A DNA stretch of 52,576 nucleotides, filler included, from Perkinsus olseni (GCA_013115125.1; 2 parts of 2 records of this genome joined end to end with filler, not necessarily neighbours in it); one strand, 5' to 3'; counted from the whole stretch's first letter, positions 1 to 12,495 are shown. Notes: a model not told the origin generated them from the letters alone. Numbers and translations: made by a program.

Positions 1-1
1 G

Positions 2-71
<70 letters not shown>
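1..71. repeat. (GTT)n / (AAC)n trinucleotide microsatellite, truncated by the window start
   Basis: Uninterrupted GTT repeats from position 1 to about 71. Confidence 0.97.
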
Positions 72-1559
72 GATTGTAGCCCGATGTAGCAGAGTCTGAC
101 TTAGCCATACTTGACATCCACTCAGATACAGAGACATCAGAAGCATTATCCTAATGCGCCACTCAACTACACCACCGACATTTATATTGTACAGGCAGCA
201 TCATCGTCCAGCCAGCAAAGCAAAGCAAGATTGTCTTTCGCCCATTTCATGCTGTCCAAAGGGAGTTTGTTGATGATCAATCGTCGTTGTGGTGATCTCA
301 CCGGCGACCTTCGTTATCCGCTCGACAGCAAGGATGCCGATTCTCCCATCGATTATGATACGTACGTACCTGAACGATTCTTGTCATCAGCGATTCTCTT
401 TCGGTCAGGCACTTCGCTGGTAGCTTCCCTCAGTTCCCCTCTCTTCAAGGCTTTACCGATTTCTCTTATAAACTTGAGAATGCCGAGGCTGCTATAAGCT
501 GGCTATACACAGGATTTGTAAACAAGGAGACGAGCTTCATGAAAACAGGAAACACCGAACCGAGAACAGACCTCAGCGCCAATCAGATATTTATGGCCTC
601 CCTCTGCCACTACCCTATGGATGAGGATGAGACCATCACGTACCTTTGAGGATGTGTTATCGCCTTGTCCCAATGAGTCACCCCTAGGATTCTTTTAATG
701 ATGTTAAGGCTGTTCACGTGTCGTGTGCTGCTGTTCACAATGTGCTGCTGTTCACGGATATATTCCCGAGTTTGATAATGGTCCCGGCTGATGTAGTGAG
801 TCCAGTACTACACCGCGCCACAATTCCGTACCATCAACACCTCTTGGGGAATTATTTTCATCCTTGCAGCGTCCAAGGCTCGTCGATTACCTTAGTGGGT
901 GAGTTCATTTCCTTCGTCTGTCCGCATATGGAAAAACAGGCCTCGCAGCGCTCGAAAATCCTTAGCAATTACTGTCAGGTTTTGCTGGGGCCAGAAGGAG
1001 CGTAGGATGCTCTCTAGTCGACGCCTTCCTGCAGTCCGTTCCCTTGCCACCCTCTCTGTCATGGTGTCATCTATCACCGAAATATCCCTCTTCGTATGTC
1101 TGGCCTTCGACTACTCCTTAGTCTGTGAAGCCACCTACGGTTTGACAAGGGAAGTAGGTCATCATAGATGGGAGTGTCTGCCACGAACTAATTGCGGATG
1201 TCGTATTGTATTGTCTGCACACCAATGCAGCGCTTGTTTTCTGTCCTAGGTTATTGAGAGGAAGAGGAAAGGAGAGAACCAATTCAAAGTAGAGACTAGT
1301 ACGCTTCCTGGCCATTAGAGTCACTCCGTCACTCAGGATATTCGTGCGCGCAAGACAGATTTGCCATCGTTCGACGACGTTCTTGGTCCCGCAGTGAGGG
1401 GACAGTTGACGTTGAAGGTCAGTTGAGCATTCTGTCGGCCCTTGACAGGCTGAGAGAGAGGATGTATGGCCCAATCGCTGAGTAGATTGATTCGGCGGTG
1501 CGTTACACTCTTCTTAGTGTACTCTTTCGCTCTCTCCCTCTTTCTCCTTTCTCTCCAGG

Positions 1560-3090
1560 CCAACGCCTTGAGTGAAGAGCAGATTGAGGGTATGTTCAAG
1601 GGAGTCCCCACAGCCTCTGTCATTACAGTAAGATGGTATCTACGAGTCCACGCCTCCCCGAACTTCCCACTCCGTCAACATAGTCCCTTATCAATCATCC
1701 TGTCATCTTCAGTCATCGCCTATCATGAAGGCGTCCGACTCCATGTTGAAGCTGTCCGTTGACAAGAACGGGCTGTTGAGGATCGATGAGATGACCTGTC
1801 CTGAGGCCGTCGTCGACGAGGATGGCGAGGAGTCCTACAACATCCAATCCCGTATTTTTATTGACACTCCGAAGTGAGCTCATCCTCTGCATCAGCAAGG
1901 CGTACTCTGCTTGCTAACTTTGTCAGGAAGTTCGTATTAGCCTTCCCTCACTGGGAGAGCGGTCGGGTTTTGAAGAGCTACGCAATCAGGACCGATGGGG
2001 ATATGGCGAAGTCTAAGAGGCTTCTCTACGCCGGCTTGCTGGGAGATTATATCCTGGCCAAGAACAATAAGAGTGTTGCCATCGAGGAAGATGTTCAAGT
2101 TCGACAGTTCAAGCGTCAGCGAACCATGGGAAGTGATGAGCGCAATGCTACTGTAGCCTTTATTGACCAGTTCATGGTTGATAAGATTTGTAAAACGTAC
2201 AAGATGATGTCTAAGGTCAGTAGCCTACAGGGACTCAGTCGTCCTCTCTGGATGGTGTAATACCCTCCGCGCTGTTTTTAGGCCTACAATCATGTAAAGG
2301 CTGAGGACTTCGACGAGAATCGTGTACTTTTCACGGTGAGATCGAGTAAATCTGCATCATCCGCCAGCGGGTTACTACAGGTCCCAGATGTCCTGCCGAA
2401 GTCCCTTCTCAATAACCCTGTAGGGTTCGCTCCTCCAGCTTCCTCCTTGGAGATCACCGTTCCCAATGGCCGACGAATGCCGCGCTCGGGAGCGCAGGCC
2501 GCCCTTTCTGCACTTGTAGGACGCGTCACAAATCCCAGCGTCATTCTGGGGCTTCTTCTTCGCCACTATTGGTATACCCTCCCTTGCAGTTGTCGGATCC
2601 CGAGATGCTGGTGGCATCTAAAGACTCGCCTGGTGACTCTAAGGTGGTGTTCACTAGGAATCCGAACAATAAGAAGCTCATGATAAAGGAAGCCTCTTGC
2701 CCTGGTTTGAAGTTTGCCGCGTAAGTCAGTGGATACATACTAGTTTGGTTTTCACGTGTTCTCTCGCTCAGGATCTTCCCCGCCGTTTTCCCCGACTATG
2801 AATCTTTGACAGGGTTCAGCAAGTCCCTCTTCGAAGCCCCACCCGGCAAGCACAATTCCAACGCTATTAGATGGCTTTATATCGGGCTGATGCGCCGAGT
2901 CAAGGAGCCAACATCCAGCTCCGCCAATGACATCTTCTTGAAAGAGCTGTGCAAGTACGGTGAGGAACGTGATGCCGCCCTGGAGAAGCGAAAGGAAGAC
3001 GAGAGAGAACTCTATCGAGACCACAACGCCAGAAGTATTCGACACGAGGCTCTGAGCACGTGTCTAACAACCCTCTTTTACCACACATAA
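1560..3090 (+). CDS. Multi-exon hypothetical protein, paralogue 1 of the tandem 'CP..WLYxG..LC' family (true 5' end uncertain, may extend to about 700)
   Basis: ORF segments 1874-2217, 2282-2721 and 2772-3090 are bounded by GT..AG. Motifs KLMIKEASCP, NAIRWLYIGL..ELCK and KRLLYAGL..KICK align by eye with paralogues 2-4. Stop TAA at 3088-3090. Confidence 0.55.
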
Positions 3091-3285
3091 GCTGTTGTTG
3101 TAAAGAACATGTTAATGTATATCCGTAAGCTGTGTAACTTATTGCGTTGATAACTCTTCTGGGCTCATGTTTGTTCTTCATCCCTCGGGGACTGCCGCCG
3201 GCCAGTCCTATTACGTGAGGGAGCTCACTTTCGTGCTCCCATCTTCTTACTCCTGTGATTCAACCCGACTCCACGCTTCCATCTG

Positions 3286-4346
3286 GGGCCGTATGCGGAT
3301 ACTGATTCGAGAATCACAGGCACTGATTCAACTCACTATCTGATTTCCGATTTTGATTCAACTCACACCATGATTCACAAATGTTGATTCAGATTCCGTT
3401 TTCATGAGTAAGATTCATGATTCGTGAGTATGATTACTGATTCCAGATTCAGATTCAGGATTCGTGAGTATGATTCCTGATTCCTGATTTTTCTCAAGCG
3501 TTGATTCTGATTCTTGATTTGGAATCATGATTCCTGATTCAGAATCATACTCAGCCACTGATTCTGATTCTGAATCAATGAGTCAGAGTATTTACTCAAC
3601 CCAGTGAGTAAGAATCAAGATCCTAGATTTTTTCAACGTGATTGTGATTCGAAACTCATACTCGTGAGTATTTTACTCAACTCGAGAACGCCGCAGATTC
3701 AGAATCACATTTTTACTCAGCGTGTGATTCCTAATCATACTCACGCCGTGAGTATCCCAATTTTAGCACGTTAATTTCCCTTGATTCGTACCGGAGGTCC
3801 GGACACCCGGTACCGAAGGCTGATTCAGATTCTCCACGCTGAGTAATCATGCAATTTTCCCGCACTGGCTTGACATCGGTAATGGTCGCTCTAAGAATTG
3901 AACTAGGGTGGAGAGGATGATGGTTTAGGTTATTATCAACTCCCAACTAGGTGTCGTGATTCGCGGAAGAAGGCCCCAAGGGCTTCCCGCCATCCGACAT
4001 TTTTGAGTAATGAACAACGAAATTGTCTAAGTCGCTGGATCGCTCGTTTCGGCGAGCGCTAACCCCCTTCCAATATTCCGCCTCAAGTGGGTGATTCAAT
4101 TCAGTGATCGAGCGATACCGCGAATCAACCATCTGATTCTGAATCAGACGCTCTGAGTAAAAATCAAGCGAAAAATCGGCTTCTGATTTTTGAATCACGG
4201 TCGAGATTCAACTCAAGCTCGAGAGATTCTGATTTCGTACTCTGGAGTAAAAAATCACTGAATCATGGCGTATTACTCACTGTGTGATTTTTTTCTATGA
4301 GTAAAAAATCTGACTCACCCCTCGAATCAGTATCCGCATACGGCCC
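3286..4346. mobile_element. Non-autonomous DNA transposon (MITE-like), PIF/Harbinger-type
   Basis: Perfect 26-bp TIR GGGCCGTATGCGGATACTGATTCGAG (3286-3311) and its reverse complement (4321-4346). CTG is duplicated at 3283-3285 and 4347-4349. The interior is packed with TGATTC/GAATCA and TACTCA/TGAGTA motifs and has no credible ORF. Confidence 0.9.
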
Positions 4347-4547
4347 CTGTGGTGAACTATCTTGCTGAGCAGGGCCTGGGGCCGATCATTCACATTACTA
4401 GCTGCAGCATGGTGTAATGGTGATGATGGGCTCGCAGTTTATCTCTGTTCAACCTGCACTCCGAGGGCAATCGAGTGTCTTGGATCTGGGAGTTGAACCG
4501 CCAGAGTCTATGTGCCTTGTCAGGAACTCTATCCCTTCCACTCTATT

Positions 4548-6616
4548 ATGTTTTGCCGCTGCCGCCGGCTTCACTTAGTCGGCTCCTTGATTGCCTCCTG
4601 TTGCACGACTGTTGTGCATTGCAGCACCCACAGTAGCGTCAGCAGTACTGGTCAAGTAAGTTCAACCGCTGGCGATAACAACTCCTACCTTCCGAGGCCG
4701 CCGCCGCCGCCATCGATCACCTTACCATCTCATGGGGTGTCACTCTCTCAGGACAAGATGGCCGAACTCGACGCTGCGTTTAGCTTCATGCAAGTCATCG
4801 CCCGAAGCCTCAAGAGCATAGCACCGTCAGTACCCAAGAAGCCACCACCAACACTAACGCGCCCGAAGCCACCACCAACGTCAGCTACACCTCCGGTCCC
4901 CCCTCCGCCACATGAACCTTCGAAGCCTCTTGCACCATTCAGCGCTCCGAGAGGCCCCCCGCCTCAGAAGGTGGAGTCTGAGCTCAGCACACCAGCCTAC
5001 CCACGATCTCCAACTCTCTCCTCATACTCAGGCACCAAGGGTCTTCTTACAAACTGACGAGCAGTTGTTTGGAATATATCATACTTGGGGACTCACTGAG
5101 GTGGATTTAGCATGCTATTCTCGGAGATGCACGAGTTGCCTGTCAGGAGGGTGGCAGCATTAACTCCCCCCGCAGCAGAGTAACCTTCGTCTGGGAGTCT
5201 GCAGAAAATCACCCGCGCATACTGGAAATGAGCTGTCCACCTCGTGTCCGGCGTTCGGAGACTAACCCTCCTCAAGAAAGTGGCGCTGGAGAAGCGACTG
5301 AGCGAGCCTATTACTTCTTCCCGGGTGGAGGGCTATCGTGAGCTTCGGTGGTCGCCATCGCCACGGTCGGCCGATGGGAATTTTCAGGATCCGAAACGTT
5401 ACCGATCTGGGTTTGGAGCGAGTCTTTTTCCATGAAAGCCTCGCGAAGAACAAGGAGTCGCAGGGGCCTGCAGCGGATAGGCTCTGCCAGAGGATCACCG
5501 AAAGCGTGCAGAATATGACCTCCGCTCGCAGCCTTGCGCAAGATTGGAAAAATCATGAGAAGGTCAGTAGGAGTTGCATAGTCAGGATAATCACGAGCCG
5601 CTACTACTACTAGGCAGATTCACGGCCTCCTCCCCCCTTCTCTTGCCGCTCAATATGATGCTCTCTCAGAGTCCTCCATTCTTCGAGCTTCATAATCAAT
5701 ATCCCATGGGCCCCAACACCTCAGCCCATTATACCGTAATACTCAATGCTGCCATCGGTCAAATGCCCTCTTGGACTCGTATACCTTTAGCCTTTGTTGA
5801 GTACTCCTGCAGTTCCTGTCGCGAGCCGTTCCCGAGACCTTGGTAGACTTTCAAGAGGAAGCAGTTAACATCACAAACATGAAGGTAGTAACTCTGGCCT
5901 TTGGCCCGTCCTTCAATTGTCTTTAAAGCTGTCGCATTACTCTCAGTTCCTTCAAGGAACTGCCGGTGAGAAGAAAACCTATCGAGTGAAGTCTGAGCCG
6001 TCCCCAGAGGGCGTCGTCTATTCCCTCCAATTCGCTGTTGAGGACACCAAGCTCATACTTGAGAAGATGGTATGTCCGAAGAGGAGCTCGGAGGGTGGGG
6101 ATAATCAGGGAGAATTGGCCCGAGGGAAGAAGAAGAAAAAGTCTTCTAAGAAGAAGGTCAAGGAAAGTCCGGCTTCTTACTCCTTCAAGCAAGGAATAGA
6201 GTAGGAATTACCACCTTCATGCTACAGCTTCTCTCAACGGTTATTAGTATCGCAGGTCATTCCCATCCTCCTGGCTTGAGTTCCTTTCTATCTCGCACTT
6301 GAAGAAGTTCACTGTGTCCCTGCCAGACGGCTCTAACTTCGAGGATGTGAAAGCAGCGGCCCTGTGGCTCTTAGTCGGTGCGATCCACGAGACCACTCAT
6401 AAACTACAAACCTCTGAACATCTCCTGCAAGATGAAGATATCACCTATCTCACCACTTTCTATTCACCTGGAGATATTCTCGTCCGCCGATTCTGCTATG
6501 AGTTCGCTACGCCAGAGGCAGAAGATAAACAAGAAGCTGATGCCGAGCCTCCCAAACTAAGCAGGCTTGGTACTCTCAGAAAGTCGATATCTAAGCACCT
6601 CAGGCATCAAGACTGA
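4548..6616 (+). CDS. Multi-exon hypothetical protein, paralogue 2; hydrophobic N-terminus, Pro-rich segment, poly-Lys patch
   Basis: MFCRCRRLHLVGSLIASCCTTVVH start and Pro-rich ORF 4512-5057. Exons carry ILEMSCPPR, PPFFELHNQYPM, LILEKMVCPKR..KKKKKSSKKKVK and VKAAALWLLVGAIHET..RFCYEF. Stop TGA at 6614-6616. Confidence 0.65.
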
Positions 6617-6649
6617 TCATCCAACGTGCAGCTCATGATAAATTCGTGT

Positions 6650-6763
6650 TCTCTCCTTGACAGAGGTATCTTTATGAATATGCTCTCCCTTTACATGTAT
6701 TGTGATGTGCTGTCCGTGCATGTAAGCCCTCTCGAGTTGGAATACTACGGAACTGCCGTCAAC
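6650..6763 (+). repeat. Downstream (3' UTR/intergenic) sequence duplicated at 8586-8695, copy 1
   Basis: ACATGTATTGTGATGTGCTGTCCGTGCATGTAAGCCCTCTCGAGTTGGAATACTACGGAACTGCCGTCAAC differs at only a few positions from the copy after paralogue 3. Confidence 0.9.
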
Positions 6764-6936
6764 TCCGACCAGTCCTTCTACTCCCTTACACATGACCCTC
6801 AGCAAGAGGGTATTCATCACAGTAGTGTACACGACCCTCACGACTCTTGTCAACTGTTCCACCGAAGATGAAGTAAGCTAGCCCTGAGGGGCGCAATGGA
6901 CGATGATGGTGAATGATCGAACACAGTACGCTTGGA

Positions 6937-8563
6937 ATGTTCAACAGTCTCTTCGTTTCATGTTTTCTATCATTTGCGCTAGTAGCTGCAGTAGCTTACC
7001 TGCAAGCCCATCCTCTCGGGCCTCTCCATCCATCCCACCCTGTCTCGTTATTTCAGGAACCTAGTGACTCGCCTGATAGAAGCTCATCCCGAATGTATAA
7101 TGCCTGGGGAATTGGTGAGGTAGACAGGGGAGGAACACTCGCATAGCATGGGAAGTATGTTCATCATGAATAGCCTTTCAGGAGGGCGGAAGCATAGAAT
7201 CTCCCCGGAGCAGAGTAACCTTCGTGAGAGACCCCGGAGAAGAGCATCATCCGCGTATGCTGGAGATGAGTTGTCCACCTCGTATCCGGAAGGCGACCTC
7301 GAACGCGAACGAACGTGCCTACTACTTCTTCCCGGCCGAAGGGCTCTCGTGAGTTTCTCCTATCCTTGTCCTCGAGGCCAGAGTGCTGGAAGGAAGCGTG
7401 TTCGAGTGTTTCAGAATGCTCGATGTTTATGATGCCGCTTCGAATGAAACCCTAGTCGAGAAACTCGATAAAGCGGGGAGAAATTCCGGGGGAGAAGCTT
7501 CGGATGAGCTGTGTCGATGGATGGCCGAAAAAGTTCAGAGTCTCAAACTTAGCCGAAAGGGTCAATATGGTGATAATGACAAAGAGACGGTGAGAAGGTC
7601 GGCGTGATCAGACGCCTTAATGGGTGTATTGTGGGCGACCACTGTACAGGTCGTCGTGGTCGTGGTCTCAGGGCCCCCCCTTCTTCGAGCTCCACAGTCG
7701 GTTCCCCATGGACACTTCCGCACAACCTACTTATACTGTAAGTCTCAGTAGTCGTGGTCTTTACTCCAATCGTGAGCTAGGCCCGGCTAGAACCTGTGCG
7801 TGCCTTCACTGCAGTTCTTCTCAAGAACAGTCCCCGAGTACGTGTATGGTAGGGAAGTTGACCTGGGTGGACCCTACAAGGTAAGCAGTGAAGCGCCCCG
7901 CTTATTAGTGCAATATATTCTTGCTGTCCTCTCCATTATTCTCAGTTCATTCTTGCATCGGTTGAGGGCGGAAAGCGGTATCGAGTTAAAAATGAGACAT
8001 ACCCTCTAGGGTATTCCGTCTCCCTTGAATTCACGGTCAAGGACTCCGAACTACAGCTCCAGAAGCTGGTGTGCCCGAAAGTGACGTTGATAAGAGAGAC
8101 AGAGGTGGTGAACAGGGATAAGACTTACGAATTCCCTCGAGGCATCGTGTAGGACTCATCAGCAACACGCCGTATGCACTCGATATCCGCCATCAAACCC
8201 TTTAGGTCGTTCCCATCGAGGTGGCCTGCGTTCCCAACTCTCCAACACGTTAAGGAGGTCTCCGTGAGACTCCCTGTCGATTCGCCAATGTCCGATGTCA
8301 ATTTTCTCGACGTCAAGGCAGCCACCAAATGGCTTCTCATTGGCGGCATCTATGACACGGTTTACAAAATGGAGCATGGGGGCCTGGGAGATGAGCAGAC
8401 CTCCTACCTCATGCATTTCACCTCTGCAGTTGAGTTGTTCGCACGCCAACTCTGTTTCGCTTTCGCTGGTGAGCCGAAAGGCAGCGGAATTTTCGGTGGG
8501 GCGTTCAAGAGCTTCAAAAGGATGGTGCAGAGGAGCTCTCGGAGAGATAAGAGCCCGGAGTGA
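6937..8563 (+). CDS. Multi-exon hypothetical secreted protein, paralogue 3
   Basis: Signal-peptide-like MFNSLFVSCFLSFALVAAVAYLQA. Exons carry MLEMSCPPR, PPFFELHSRFPM, LQLQKLVCPK and VKAATKWLLIGGIYDT..QLCFAF. Nucleotide similarity to paralogue 2 (7210-7282 vs 5174-5245). Confidence 0.68.
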
Positions 8564-8585
8564 AAAGCTCAAGCGTCATTTCAAC

Positions 8586-8695
8586 TTCTCTTCTTGGCAG
8601 AAGTATATTTATGAATATCCTCTCACATGTATTGTGATGTGTTGTCCGTGCATGTAAGCCCTCTCGAGTTGGGATCCTACGGAACTGCCGTTAAC
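8586..8695 (+). repeat. Downstream (3' UTR/intergenic) duplicated sequence, copy 2
   Basis: Near-identical to 6650-6763, at the same position relative to the stop codon of the paralogue. Confidence 0.9.
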
Positions 8696-10622
8696 CTTGA
8701 TTACCCGATTTTCACGTCAATCAGATCAAACAAAAGAACCTTCAGTTATGTAGCAGAAGACGGTAACTCTAGAACAGGCAGCACAACCTCAATTGTGAGT
8801 GGGCCCCTTATGCGAAATTTATAAAAACTCTAGCCCTGAACTGGAGAATAAATTCCACTCCGAGAATACTCCCCTCTCGATTCAGTGCCGCGCGCTGCGT
8901 GGGGGTCACTTGCCAGATAGAAGGGAGTGACGCCGTGATGGTCTCGGATTGCAGTTTTTTGTCTACCTCTGCACCTCACAAGACGTGCGCCGGTTGTCCT
9001 TTGAGCCGGTCGCAAAACTTCGTCGCGAAGTGGTCCACCAGCGATGCAGTATCTTCATCAGATACTTGACGGACGTTTGTCGTTCCGCCATGTGCCATGA
9101 CTGAGGCTCAACGGGGATCGGGATGCTGTAGGAGCGCACCCAAGAGCGTGATCCGTGGTAGTTCCATGTCGAGCAGCATGCTTGGGGAATCGAGGAAGAG
9201 AGCAAGTGACTAAGATATTCGTCAAAATCCCAGAAGGAGCGATGCGAGCCCATCACTGGGCCGATGATTGATAATCCCTCCCTCCGAAAGCACACGGGTC
9301 TCCGAGTCGCCTACCCTCTACGCGAAGGCAGCGACTGTTCGACATAGGAGTATTCTCCTTATTGGAATCGACTATATCTCCCTTTTCCTATCATTCTATG
9401 GTTCGGTGATAGGGAGAGAGCGCGATGGGTGAGGGTCGGCACGCCAGTCTCATGTTGTTGTCATATTGTGGGTATCGTTGGTACGTATCTGCAAGGATTC
9501 GAAGGGATCCTAGTGTATTCCTTCTTCTCCCTCAATGTTACACCCCATCAGCACAACCCTCTTCCTCTTGGTGGCTGCTCATGGCTTGAAGAGTGTAGGT
9601 CGGGCACCTTCGACTCGCCCTCCTCGACTTCATTCCGATAGTACAGCAAGTACACTATGACAAGACGATTTCCATCTCAGGCGAGACGTAGTACACGAGG
9701 AGTATCTTCCTTCGAGCTGCGCGGGAAGCAGCACCCAGTAAGTCTTCGTCCTCAGTCCGCGTTCGGACGACTCATCACCTTCGCAACTCGTGCCGCACGA
9801 AACTAGCTTGACGAGTCGCCAGCAATAGGCCTTTTTTCGGTTTCAGACTCCTAGACCGAGAGCGAGATCACTCCCGGATGTGACCAAGGTAGCCCATGCC
9901 GCCTGGCATCCCAACCGTTCCGGGAGTGTATGTGCTGTTAGCCGTCTTCGCCCCAACGCGATGAAAGACAAAGCTACAGCTCTCAACACACTGAGTACGA
10001 AGACGCGCTCGAAGAATTCTACAAATTAGAAGAAGAGTTGAAGAGGAGCTCTGTGAGATGCTCTCGGGAATCGTTTCCCTCGATGGTTCCTCATGATTAC
10101 CATTGTCAGAGACGAGATTCTTACACCGATGCCGACAATAAGATGGATGGAGCGCAGTCAACGGCGACCGATACGGAACGTGACCACTCACTTTCGGGAG
10201 AGACTGAAGATGACTTACTGGAAGAAATTGGTGAATTATACGGCGAGGTGGGCTGCTGCTGCTGCTGCAGCAGCAGGAGTCGAATCGGATGGGCCTAGCG
10301 CACGCTACTGCTGATATGCGTGCTTCTCTCGTAGGGGCATCTCCCAGAACATGAGGGGATGATAAGATTACTGTCTAAGGAGGATCTGCGAGAGTTGGAT
10401 CCCTTATCCAAGAACGTGAGCTCAACTGCCCCTTGATACGTCCCGACAATACCTCTCATCAGGGTGGTACCTCTGATAGCGAGGAAAGCAGTATTGGCTC
10501 TGGGGTAGTAGACCACTCCTCCTCCTGCTGCTGCTAGCCTGGATTCGCAAATCGTCGTCCACTGCGTCTGCTGGCTATAGACTCATGTTGTGTCATCTCA
10601 GAGCCCCGCCGGTGACTCTACT

Positions 10623-12495
10623 ATGAACAATGGGTTCTGGATCTCCTCGTCTGAGGTATGTTCCATCGCTGCTGCGGCATTGTTCCCTTTCCTCTCACAA
10701 ATTCTTAATCTCCCTGCTCTCGGCCATCAGCCTGCCAGAAGCCGCTGAATGAATTGAAGATGTTTATCAGGAGTTGGACCGGGATACAAGGTACAGGGAC
10801 CAACCATCCCCTAAGACAAAACCGGACGTGAGTATTCACAGCGACTCCTCCCCTAGCGGACCTTCGCCTCAGTTGATACGTCACCCAAGCCAAGAGCCCA
10901 TGCTGCCTTACAGCTCACTCTTAGTACCAGGAAAAGGGAATACTCTGAAGGTAGTCCAGTAGGAGCAGCAGCGTAGTCGATGCAGCGTCTCAGAGCGGCG
11001 TCTTCGCTCCACCATCATTAATGAATCCCAAGAAGGCTGAGGTAGCACTTAAGGAGAGGATATTGAATGCTCCGCCCCCACCTGTGTTCGTGCAACGTTA
11101 GCAATGCGCAGGATAGGCGTTGCTTGCCTTGTTCTCGGTTGTCCCTCAGGAACCACCGAACCACTTCGCTATGGAGGGTTACATGATACGCTTCTCTAGG
11201 CCGAGAGTTGGACAGGAGCTCGGGATAGAGGAGTTGAAGTGTCCTCGTAGGAGCCCAGGCACTTTCACGGACTCCTTCGGCTTCGTATTTCCGGAAGGCC
11301 TTCGGTGAGTTCAGAGGCATTTTGGCTGAAAACATCTCCGGTAGTGATGATGTATTCATATTTTCGTGCCTTGCAGTCGTTTCAAGATGAGTTTTCCTGA
11401 CTTCGAAGGAGCACCTGACCAGGAGCAAGTTTACACCATACAGCAACAGACCGATCTTCTATCGGAGTCCTTGAGGCTACTTTACATCGGTACTGCTGCC
11501 AATCCAGAAGTGGCGAGGAAGCAGCCAGTAGAGGACACTACAGCTCTACTGAAACCCATAATGAAGGCTCTGTGTAGAATGGTAGAAGATGATATCGATT
11601 CCCATAAGTTTGGTGCTGAATATAAGCTCTTGAAGGTGCGTACAACATAGCTGGTTGAGGGAAATTACCGTTGCTCAGGGCGTTCCTTTCATGAACCTAG
11701 AGTACTTTACCGCTGAGAGTGGTAAGCGTCCAACAGTGAGGGTAGTAGGCCAAGCAGCGACCAATGACACGCCTTATCAACACACTCTCAGTTCACATCG
11801 GAGGAATTGCCGCCCGCGACGCTTCTCACCAACTCTGTTGATCCTACAGGTTTAGAGGTAGCTCAGTGCCATAATTTCGGACGCCTGACCCTATGGTAAT
11901 CAGCCTTTTTCATCCCTAGGTAGACGTTAAGAGCTCCAAGAAGGGTCGCCCGTTGTACTTGGTGAAGAATAAGGAATATTCTGTGGCGTTTGTCGCTGAT
12001 AACAATCGTTTGAGGGTCAACGCCGTGTCCTGCCCTGGAGATCGCCACACCAAGAAGATCAGCTTCGCCAAGAAATCGACAAAACCTGCGTAATGAACTC
12101 CTGGGTCGCGACTCGCCTTGAAATGAGCCCCACGCGGTTTCGATATCAGGTTGATGCCAGCTGAGTGGAAGCAGTTTGATCAGCTCAAGTCGTTCGGTGC
12201 ATTGGAGTTCTCGATCATTGGTGATGCTGAGGTGGAAGTGATAGACGCCGCAATCCGTTGGGTGTATGCTGGACTACCTCGTCTGCCCGAAGAACCGACT
12301 GTGGCACAGAAGAAGCAGAGAAGGTCGTTGAATGGTGATACCGCGAATGGTATGTTTATTCAAACGTTCTGCCGAAGCCAACTGGTACCAGAGGAAGACG
12401 AACAGTCGAAGGAGAGTGAGCCCAAGAAGAAAACGGGAAGCTTCCGCCCGGGCAAGATGTTCAAAAGGCTTTTCAGCAAGCCGAGTGATGATTGA
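10623..12495 (+). CDS. Multi-exon hypothetical protein, paralogue 4 (5' end uncertain)
   Basis: Exons carry IEELKCPRR, LRLLYIGTAA..ALCRMVE, GVPFMNLEY, LRVNAVSCPG and IDAAIRWVYAGL..TFCRSQ. Basic tail GSFRPGKMFKRLFSK. Stop TGA at 12493-12495. Confidence 0.58.

Noticed and set aside
111-700. Gene fragment next to the microsatellite (poly-Q/N/T on the minus strand)
   Set aside because: Plausible exon pieces, but no coherent model or homology could be established.
3300-4330. Dense short repeats as a possible CRISPR array or satellite
   Set aside because: No constant-length repeat/spacer periodicity. The motifs are 5-7 nt in both orientations and are enclosed by TIRs and a TSD, so a MITE explains them better.
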